Source: an uncultured Gammaproteobacteria bacterium
Lineage (GTDB): Bacteria; Patescibacteriota; Patescibacteriia; Magasanikbacterales; UBA922
Reading direction: 5' to 3'
DNA length: 51,030 nt
NCBI GenBank assembly: GCA_964516055.1
Contig: CAZEYK010000001.1
Span: 1 to 51,030 of the forward strand
Position 1 is the stretch's first letter, and every line of letters starts with the position of its first letter. The translations under genes were made by a program, and so were the position numbers. Below the pieces are notes generated by a model, which was not told the DNA's origin, ran no database searches, and worked only from the letters and a program-made list of their open reading frames with translations. Shown here in pieces: positions 42,464 to 50,149 of the stretch.

Positions 42464-45249
42464 AATTCTTTTAAAAAATCAGTGAATAACATTTTATTAG
42501 CAACAACGTACTTATATGATTCAAAAAACTGAACACCGTATTTAACGGCTAATTCACCATCAAACCATCTCATCGGCCAAACAAATGCTTCCCGAAGTAA
42601 CCGAAAACGTAATGCATCGAAAAAATATTTTTTTTCACTATCAGTAAATGAACGAATTGATTGGTAACCTTTCAAAAAAGAAGTAATTAAATTAACTTGA
42701 GGAATTCCATTATTAAAAGCCATCCAGATAAGCGGAGTCATAACATCAAATAACAAAATTCCCCGATAACAATTATTAAAATCAATAAAATGCAATTGTC
42801 CATCAGAATCTACAATAATATTTTCAGGTTTAACATCTTGATGAGTAGTTCCTATAGGTAATTCCACATCAAAATTCATCTGAGAAATTTCATTTCGTAT
42901 ATAAGAAACAAACTCATTAACATTTGGAAAATTCCTATTCATAACACTACCAGCATATTCGTCAACAAAAGACACAATATCATTATATTCCCACGTTTGT
43001 TTAGGTACCGATTGTTTCAGATCTTGCAAAATCACATGCATACGCCCCAATAATACTCCAACATCATGCAATTGTTCCTCTGTGGCAGAAGATAATATTT
43101 CACCAGGAATATATGTAAACAACGCATATTGTTTATTATTCATCGAAGTACCATATGTTTGTGCATTCAATAGTGGATGGATATAAGGACAAGGAAATTG
43201 TTGTAAAGCTAATGCAGTAAGAATAGAAAGTTCATAGGCAACTTGTTCCTGACTATCAAAATTATATTGCTTAAACAAATACAATCCCTCTGTAGAGTTC
43301 ACTAAATAATTAGTATTAACAACACCCATAGTTATTTCATCTACTTTTGTAGGATGAATACCATACTCAGATTGAACAATATGCGAAATATCCAAGGTAG
43401 CATAACTACGTCGAATAGCTTCTTCTAAATGGATATCATTACAAGTAACAAAATAATAATTATCGTTATGCCAAATAGATCCAATACGATCAACAAGTAC
43501 AAATCTCGCTTGATTTCCATGATACTTTTTACTAAATTTCATCGAATCCAAAATGGCTTGAAAATCTATATCATCTGGAATAGTATGAGGTAAATTATAC
43601 TTTTGTAACATAGCAATTTGTTTTTCTACAGTGTCATCATCACATATGCCCAACACTCGTGAAAGTTCAGCAGAAACACGCATTCCAATAGCAACAGACT
43701 CCCCATGTAATAGTCTATACCCAGATAAATGTTCTACCGCATGCCCAACTTCATGACCATACTGATTAACAAGCGCAATTTTTTCTTCATCATAATCTTG
43801 AGAAATAGAATCAACCTTTAATGTAGATGCTCTACGAACAACTTCTTCAAGAAAATCTAAATTTTTAATTTCCCCATTATATTCATCAAAAAATGTATAA
43901 AAATCAACATCCTGAGCAAAAGCTTGTTTAAGACATTCAGCAAGACCATCATAAACATATTTATCTTCAAGAGTCATTAAAGTAGCAGGATCAACGATTA
44001 CCTTTAATGGACTATAATAACTCCCAAGCATATTTTTTCCCAAAGTACCATTCACTCCCTGCTTTAACGCAATAGCAGCGTCACTTTGAGACAAAACAGT
44101 AGTAGGAAAACTAACAAATCCAATACCTCTATAAATTGTTGATGCAAGAAAACCGGCCAAATCTTTTACGACTCCCCCACCGACAGACATAATAATAGAT
44201 TTTTTATCAATTCCCTGAGAAATCATATAATCAGCAAGTCTAATATATTCAGAAATACTTTTTGTATTTTCACCTGGATCAACCAATATTTTTTCTATAC
44301 GATAGCCTAGACCTTTAAATTGCTTATAAATATTCTCCCCATAAAATTTATCAATATTTCTATCAACGACAATATAATGGGGAGAATAAAATGATTCATG
44401 AGGAATAATTTCATATTGATCAATATGATCAAGTATTCCTCTTTCTATAACAACATCAAAACGAAGCTTTTTATCATAATCATACACCGTTGACGGAATT
44501 AACGCTGTATAACTTGGGGTAGGATGATCTTCAGAAACACCAACATTTCTACAAAGAAAAGATTCTGCACGAATCAAATCAACCGGTAAATTGATGTCAA
44601 ACCATCTATGTTTAAATTCTGCAGAAAAAATATCATTTGCATTTCCATACTTTGCAAGCACATCACTACAAGTACGTGTGGTGTCATCAACAAAACCCAT
44701 TAAATCAAAATATCCGTTCAAACTTAAACGATATAATCCAGCTTCATACAATGGCAAACCTGTTGAACCGGTATCTTCATAAATAAGTTTTCCATCAACA
44801 AGATGAACATGAACAGTCGCCCCAGAGTCAACACCATACATAGCTCGAGCACCCACCAAAACTTCAACATCACCTTCAAAAGTAAAAGCAGACAGTGGGC
44901 TTTCCTGAAAAACAAGATCACACATACTCACAAAAAAATCATTAGCGATGAATCCACTATCGATAAGTGTTGAAATAGACTTCATTGCTGAAATCATATT
45001 AGCATCATGATCAATTTCAATGTAAGTAATATTCTTTTTTTCAAATAATTCTTTTTTTATCAACGAATCATATTTTCTAATAACAATAACAATATTTTCT
45101 ACTCCCATTTCTTCATAACGCTTTACACTACGCATGATCAATGTTTCTCCTCCAACCTTAACTAACGGTTTAGGTGTTTCAAAAATATCTAACCTTCTGC
45201 CAAGACCACCTGCCAAAATTACTCCTATATTAATATTTTTTGATGACAT
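42460..45249 (-). CDS. Tri-domain fusion: nucleotidyltransferase + 3-dehydroquinate-synthase-like sugar-phosphate cyclase + APH/choline-kinase-like kinase
   Basis: aa 1-235 (45249-44545): GVILAGGLGRRL..TPKPLVKVGGETLI. aa ~245-612 (44517-43414): SVGGGVVKDLAGFLAS..FPTTVLSQSDAAIALKQGVN..GKNMLGSYYSP..GLAECLK..YGHEVGHAVEH..LLHGESVAIGM. aa ~620-929 (43392-42463): THQDVKPENIIVDSDGQLHFIDFNN. Confidence 0.8.
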   Translation of the reverse strand: MSSKNINIGVILAGGLGRRLDIFETPKPLVKVGGETLIMRSVKRYEEMGVENIVIVIRKYDSLIKKELFEKKNITYIEIDHDANMISAMKSISTLIDSGFIANDFFVSMCDLVFQESPLSAFTFEGDVEVLVGARAMYGVDSGATVHVHLVDGKLIYEDTGSTGLPLYEAGLYRLSLNGYFDLMGFVDDTTRTCSDVLAKYGNANDIFSAEFKHRWFDINLPVDLIRAESFLCRNVGVSEDHPTPSYTALIPSTVYDYDKKLRFDVVIERGILDHIDQYEIIPHESFYSPHYIVVDRNIDKFYGENIYKQFKGLGYRIEKILVDPGENTKSISEYIRLADYMISQGIDKKSIIMSVGGGVVKDLAGFLASTIYRGIGFVSFPTTVLSQSDAAIALKQGVNGTLGKNMLGSYYSPLKVIVDPATLMTLEDKYVYDGLAECLKQAFAQDVDFYTFFDEYNGEIKNLDFLEEVVRRASTLKVDSISQDYDEEKIALVNQYGHEVGHAVEHLSGYRLLHGESVAIGMRVSAELSRVLGICDDDTVEKQIAMLQKYNLPHTIPDDIDFQAILDSMKFSKKYHGNQARFVLVDRIGSIWHNDNYYFVTCNDIHLEEAIRRSYATLDISHIVQSEYGIHPTKVDEITMGVVNTNYLVNSTEGLYLFKQYNFDSQEQVAYELSILTALALQQFPCPYIHPLLNAQTYGTSMNNKQYALFTYIPGEILSSATEEQLHDVGVLLGRMHVILQDLKQSVPKQTWEYNDIVSFVDEYAGSVMNRNFPNVNEFVSYIRNEISQMNFDVELPIGTTHQDVKPENIIVDSDGQLHFIDFNNCYRGILLFDVMTPLIWMAFNNGIPQVNLITSFLKGYQSIRSFTDSEKKYFFDALRFRLLREAFVWPMRWFDGELAVKYGVQFFESYKYVVANKMLFTDFLKEL

Positions 45250-45258
45250 AATAGAGTA

Positions 45259-46278
45259 TTAATACGTTACAATACATTTAAGAGTCTTCCTTTCCCTAGT
45301 TGCAACAAAAGCATCACTTATATTGTTAAGATGATAAATATATTCCTTAGAAATATAATATTCATGATTAAGCATACCTGCATGCCATTGTTCAATAACA
45401 ACATCATGCGCACTAGCTTCATCGTACAACTCCCCATTAAAAAATTGTATATCTCCTTGAGCTTTTATCACAGGTATACGATATTCATGATAAGCATTTA
45501 GCCCATATAAACCAATTTTCCCTTTATCACCTAAAAATGGGATAACTGCATCCAAATTTAAACAATCTCCTATAGTGTCAATAATTAAATCAAATTGAGT
45601 ATTATTATCATACAATGTACCAGCTACATTTTCATTAGTATACGGAATATATAAATTAGCACCTGCAGATAAAAATAATTTTTCACGCAAAGAACTACCA
45701 ATAACCGTAATCCTAAATGACTTATTCCGAGTATGCTCCAAAAAAGCCATAGCATTAGCTCCACTCCCAATGATACAGACTGATTGCCCCGAAGAAACAT
45801 CCATTCTGGTTAAAAAAGAAAGAGTTTCTCGCCAAGTAATAATCATCGTAGATGCAACAGGATCAACCCATTCAGGTAAAACCCTATGTACCCTATAACA
45901 ATCCCATTGAGATTGAGGGAGTGCATCATCTCGCATAGCTTGCCAGTCAGTAGCAACAGAATATTCAGCAAATGCTCCATACGCAATAGAATATGGACTA
46001 TCAGAAGGAAAAACATTGAACACACGAGTCACAACATCTCCCAGATTAATATGTCTTACTTTTTTCCCAATACCAATAACTTTTCCAATTCCTTCATGAC
46101 CAAGCACCGTTGGATAAAAAATTTTTTTATAATGTAAACCATCAATAATATGAGTATCCGTACCACTACAAATTCCTGTCGCAATAGTTTTACATAAAAC
46201 ATCATAATCACCAACAATAGGTTCCGGTAAATCACGGACCTCAAGGTTGCCAGGAGTAACTACAACAGCAGCTTTCAT
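45259..46278 (-). CDS. Zn-dependent medium-chain alcohol/polyol dehydrogenase
   Basis: GICSGTDTHI (Cys ligand), VLGHEGIGKV, and NAD motif VCIIGSGANAMAF. The four-Cys structural-zinc loop appears to be absent. Confidence 0.75.
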   Translation of the reverse strand: MKAAVVVTPGNLEVRDLPEPIVGDYDVLCKTIATGICSGTDTHIIDGLHYKKIFYPTVLGHEGIGKVIGIGKKVRHINLGDVVTRVFNVFPSDSPYSIAYGAFAEYSVATDWQAMRDDALPQSQWDCYRVHRVLPEWVDPVASTMIITWRETLSFLTRMDVSSGQSVCIIGSGANAMAFLEHTRNKSFRITVIGSSLREKLFLSAGANLYIPYTNENVAGTLYDNNTQFDLIIDTIGDCLNLDAVIPFLGDKGKIGLYGLNAYHEYRIPVIKAQGDIQFFNGELYDEASAHDVVIEQWHAGMLNHEYYISKEYIYHLNNISDAFVATRERKTLKCIVTY

Positions 46279-46284
46279 AATTCA

Positions 46285-47055
46285 TTACTTATTATACAAT
46301 TTTTGAGAATAAATAAGATAAAAATGTTTCAAAAATAAAGACACGTAAAAAAACATATATCCTATCGCAAAAAACATCACTCCATAGTCAACAATATGAA
46401 ACAATGAGCACACAAACAATACAAAAAAAACACCAGTTGAACTCAAAAAATTCTTATTCACTCGTGCCATAATGACATATATCGTACTTGCAAAACTTCG
46501 CGATACAATTACAGGGATACTCTCACCAAAAACAGCATCGTTCTTCTTTTGTTCAATAAGTTGTTGAAGCTGCAAAATCCGAGCATCAAGTAATCGATAC
46601 TCAAGTTTAGTAATACTTGCGATAGCCCCACATAAAAGAAATATTACCCCATATCCTTGGACATATAAAGCCACCCCCAAAATGAACGGAGCAAACCCAT
46701 ATTGAACATCATGACTAACAGGTTCCGTATATACACCACCAAGTAAACTCTTTTGTTCACGAAATCGTGCAACTTCTCCATCACACCCATCAAACACAAT
46801 AGATAAAAAGATAATCAAAGAACCAAGGATATTCATGAAAGTAGTATCAAAAAAGAACATACCTATCCCAATAAAAAAGGTAACAACGCTTAATATAGTG
46901 ATATTATTAGGAGTAATAGCTGTTTTCAAAAATATTTTCGTACAATAAATAGAAAAAATTCGAGAAAACAATCCCACCCAACTTTCACGTTTTGGATCGG
47001 GTGCTGTTTTTTGACAAATTGCACGAAGCTCTTTTATAGAATAATTTTTTTTCAT
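46285..47055 (-). CDS. CDP-alcohol phosphatidyltransferase-family membrane protein
   Basis: Polytopic membrane protein. Signature FDGCDGEVARFREQKSLLGG..., with the distal acidic positions of the motif imperfect. ATG 47055 is preferred over the track's TTG at 47103. Confidence 0.7.
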   Translation of the reverse strand: MKKNYSIKELRAICQKTAPDPKRESWVGLFSRIFSIYCTKIFLKTAITPNNITILSVVTFFIGIGMFFFDTTFMNILGSLIIFLSIVFDGCDGEVARFREQKSLLGGVYTEPVSHDVQYGFAPFILGVALYVQGYGVIFLLCGAIASITKLEYRLLDARILQLQQLIEQKKNDAVFGESIPVIVSRSFASTIYVIMARVNKNFLSSTGVFFVLFVCSLFHIVDYGVMFFAIGYMFFYVSLFLKHFYLIYSQKLYNK

Positions 47056-47126
47056 AATGTTATGGAAACACACGCAGAAAATTTTCTTAATGATAAATAA
47101 CAAAAAGTTAATATCCCCTATAAAAA

Positions 47127-48260
47127 CTATGAACGAATAAATGACAAAATACGTGATGCCCTACTATCCCAAGAAAATGAACATCCCTTTTCATACGCTG
47201 CTAAAGAGATAGTCTTTCCTAAAAAATTATCAGTAAGCAATGTTGTCACTTTCTTAGCCAAATCTACCGAATCATCAGGAGAACAAAGAAGTGCATTCTT
47301 CTCATCAACCAGATATGCCGAAAAACTCTCAATATCACTCGCAACAATTGGTACACCAGACACCATATACTCAAATAATTTAATAGGTGTGGTATAAGAG
47401 GCAGAACGTTCTTCTTTTGCCGTATTTGGAAGTACCAACACATCAGCAGATTTAATAAATCTAATAATATCATGGTGCTTCACAAACGGGTGAACATATA
47501 CATTATTAATACCTTTTTCTTCTATATACTTTTCAACAAGTTCACGATCCTGAGGAATTCCACCAATCAAACAAACATTTGCATCGATGAATGCAGCAGC
47601 ATCAATCAAAGTGTAAATTCCCTTCCATTTATAAAAATGTCCAACATACAAAACGACAGGACGCTTTTCAGAAAAAGAAAATGCTGATTGCCATACACGC
47701 ACATCTCGAGACACTCCCTCAAATTCTTTTACATCTACCCCATTGGGGGCTACTAATATAGCATCTAACGGCACATCATGCTGCTTATACAAAGACAACA
47801 AATTTTCTGCAACAACCACTTTTTTTGTAATGTTGCGCACAAACAAGAAATATAATGAGCGAAACCGTTTCTTTGGTTCATGATCTTCAAACACCACCAT
47901 TTTTCCAAATATACTCAACAAAAAGCATACTGTCAGCTCGCGCGAATAAATCACATCATATTTACCAAACAATCCATAAAAAAATGCAAAAATGGTAAAA
48001 CTTACTCGTTGCAAGAAAAAATACATCTTATGAAATGGTGTTTCCAAAAAAGAAAAAACGTTAGGGACAAACGTCATCGGAATATTATCTTCTACATGAT
48101 AAAATGAACGATAACCATCCGTAATATGATTCCGTCGTCGAGGCAACAAAAGCCGAACATTTTCCCCCGCACGGATAAAAGCTTCAATCGTTTTCACAAT
48201 CTGAAGCCCATGAGCTTTTTCAGTAGGAATGCGTGAATTAGCAATATATAAAATATTCAT
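47127..48260 (-). CDS. GT4-family (GT-B) glycosyltransferase
   Basis: MNILYIANSRIPTEKAHG and the E-x7-E region EERSASYTTPIKLFEYMVSGVPIVASD. Confidence 0.8.
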   Translation of the reverse strand: MNILYIANSRIPTEKAHGLQIVKTIEAFIRAGENVRLLLPRRRNHITDGYRSFYHVEDNIPMTFVPNVFSFLETPFHKMYFFLQRVSFTIFAFFYGLFGKYDVIYSRELTVCFLLSIFGKMVVFEDHEPKKRFRSLYFLFVRNITKKVVVAENLLSLYKQHDVPLDAILVAPNGVDVKEFEGVSRDVRVWQSAFSFSEKRPVVLYVGHFYKWKGIYTLIDAAAFIDANVCLIGGIPQDRELVEKYIEEKGINNVYVHPFVKHHDIIRFIKSADVLVLPNTAKEERSASYTTPIKLFEYMVSGVPIVASDIESFSAYLVDEKNALLCSPDDSVDLAKKVTTLLTDNFLGKTISLAAYEKGCSFSWDSRASRILSFIRS

Positions 48261-48261
48261 A

Positions 48262-48516
48262 CTAATCAGGCCACTTGTTTATAACACCGGTAACCTTTTC
48301 CTTTGCCTGTAAATAAACATCTACTGATTTCTCTTCAAGCTCGGGAGAAATTAATCGCAAAATTTCTTTCCCCAAAATACGATATTGCCCACCTACTTTA
48401 TTGGCACGCAAAATCCCCTTCTTGAGCAGACGTTTGATGGTACTTTCACTAACCTTAAGGAGTATTTGTGCTTCACTCGTTGTATATACAGCATGCTGTT
48501 TAATTTCTTGTTCCAT
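48262..48516 (-). CDS. Excisionase-family (MerR-like HTH_17) DNA-binding protein
   Basis: 84 aa. Sequence YTTSEAQILLKVSESTIKRLLKKGILRANKVGGQYRILGKEIL. It ends 1 nt before the GT4 start. Confidence 0.75.
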   Translation of the reverse strand: MEQEIKQHAVYTTSEAQILLKVSESTIKRLLKKGILRANKVGGQYRILGKEILRLISPELEEKSVDVYLQAKEKVTGVINKWPD

Positions 48517-48524
48517 ATACTAAA

Positions 48525-48562
48525 AGTATACCAACAGTGTCACAAGGTGTCAACAGGTGTCA
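48525..48562 (-). promoter_or_regulatory. sigma70-like promoter overlapped by three 10-bp-phased direct repeats (putative operator)
   Basis: On the minus strand: TTGACA (48553-48548), 17-nt spacer, TATACT (48530-48525), then only 8 nt to ATG 48516. On the plus strand GTGTCA occurs at 48537, 48547 and 48557, in GTGTCAcaagGTGTCAacagGTGTCAacaa. Confidence 0.55.
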
Positions 48563-48586
48563 ACAATACACAAATATTAGCCAATT

Positions 48587-49399
48587 TTAGACAATCAACT
48601 GTCTAAAACGATAATACGATATAACAATATGATAACGAATATACCGCCAAACTTGTTTAGGAGGTAATGAATGCGAAAAACCATGACGAACATAAATAAA
48701 AAATGAAACAAAAGAAATCTTAACTGCTCTTGCCAAATTTTTAAAAACAGAAATAAATATAACCTTCCTTTTACCTTTTGCCGATTCCCCAGTGAGAAAC
48801 TTTTTACGAGCGATAGACAAATAAAAATTATCTTTTTTTATACATTTTTTAAAATCAGGAGTATATCCATAAAAGCACTCCTTCATATCCATAAGTTCAA
48901 TATCTTCTGGAACTATTAATTTTTCATGAACCGGTTTATTTTTATTCCAATGTATCCCACCTTTTTTATTATACAAACGAATATAAGGAACTTTTTGAGC
49001 AAAAGAATATTTAACAATCCTGTTATCAATAATTGGCCAAAATGAAATTCTAAACGCTTTTTTTTCATCAGGACTTTTTTTTAAATTATTACGAATTTCT
49101 TCTATTAATCCATCAGACAAAAACTCATCAGAATCAAGCATCAATAGCCAATCACACTTTGCCAAACTTGCTGATTTAATTCTCATGGCGCCAAAATTCT
49201 CAATCATTACATTAGATTCATCTGTATCAACCTGCTTGAATACAGGTACACCAAAATTTTTAGCTATTTCCAAAGTTCTATCAGTACTATTTCCATCCAA
49301 CAAAAAAACATCTTGAAAATCTTTCAAACTATCCAAACATCTTTCCAAAGTATTTTCAGAATTCAACGTCAAAAGCGGAACCGAACAATTAATTTTCAT
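48587..49399 (-). CDS. GT2-family glycosyltransferase
   Basis: CSVPLLTLNSENTLERCLDSL..LLDGNSTDRT..LMLDSDEF (DxD-type motif). Confidence 0.75.
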   Translation of the reverse strand: MKINCSVPLLTLNSENTLERCLDSLKDFQDVFLLDGNSTDRTLEIAKNFGVPVFKQVDTDESNVMIENFGAMRIKSASLAKCDWLLMLDSDEFLSDGLIEEIRNNLKKSPDEKKAFRISFWPIIDNRIVKYSFAQKVPYIRLYNKKGGIHWNKNKPVHEKLIVPEDIELMDMKECFYGYTPDFKKCIKKDNFYLSIARKKFLTGESAKGKRKVIFISVFKNLARAVKISFVSFFIYVRHGFSHSLPPKQVWRYIRYHIVISYYRFRQLIV

Positions 49400-49432
49400 A
49401 CTAATCTGAATACTAAATTATTTTTTGTACAT

Positions 49433-50149
49433 TTACTCATTAAGTTTACACACCCAAAATATTTCTCCGCAATATTCAGGCAAATTACGTCCCACTTCAA
49501 ACAAAGCATCACAATATTCATTAGACAAATTTTCCATTTCTTTATTTGGCAAAAATTTTAATAAAATACCTGATTTATTAACTATCTCCAATCCACTCTT
49601 CGCCAATAATTCACCTAAAGAATTAAAATCAAAATATCTCTGGTGCCCAACTTCATGATCTCTTTCATTAAGATCATAAATAGTACTAATAAACCCCATT
49701 TCTTTTCCAATTTGACGATGAATAGAATTAGCATTGGGCACTATTATTACTACATACCCTTCTGGTGTCATGTAATTTTTTACTTTATTCAACATAAGCA
49801 AAGGATCATGGAGATGTTCCAGTATGTCAATCAAAAAAATCAAATCCATTTTTTGTTCAGGAAAATCATTCTTTTCAACATCCAACTCAATAAAATGAAA
49901 TTTGGAATCACTCTGAAATTTTTCCTTTGCCTGATCCAAATATTTTAGATCAGCATCAATACAAAAAACACTTGTACAATTTTTTATCATGTCAGAGACA
50001 TCATTTATCTTTTCTATTACATCTCCAGGGCCACAACCAACGTCAGCAATAGATTGAATTTTAATGCTACTAAAAAAATCAACTATAGCTTTGGCCCTGT
50101 ATTTTCCCATGACAGCATTAAAATCTTCTTTATATTGATTGGTAATCAT
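49433..50149 (-). CDS. Class I SAM-dependent methyltransferase
   Basis: Motif I IADVGCGPGDVIE. Post-I/II region DLIFLIDILEHLHDP..PEGYVVIIVPN. Confidence 0.75.
   Translation of the reverse strand: MITNQYKEDFNAVMGKYRAKAIVDFFSSIKIQSIADVGCGPGDVIEKINDVSDMIKNCTSVFCIDADLKYLDQAKEKFQSDSKFHFIELDVEKNDFPEQKMDLIFLIDILEHLHDPLLMLNKVKNYMTPEGYVVIIVPNANSIHRQIGKEMGFISTIYDLNERDHEVGHQRYFDFNSLGELLAKSGLEIVNKSGILLKFLPNKEMENLSNEYCDALFEVGRNLPEYCGEIFWVCKLNE

Noticed and set aside
48262-48516. The excisionase-family HTH as a marker of a prophage or integrative element.
   Set aside because: There is no integrase, phage structural gene or repeat-bounded segment nearby. The gene is embedded 1 nt upstream of a GT4 gene in a co-directional biosynthetic array.
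48537-48562. Possibility that the GTGTCA repeats are a miniature CRISPR array or a recombination (att) site.
   Set aside because: There are only three 6-bp cores at 10-bp phase, with no spacers of CRISPR length. No cas, integrase or recombinase gene is present in the window. The overlap with a promoter fits an operator better.
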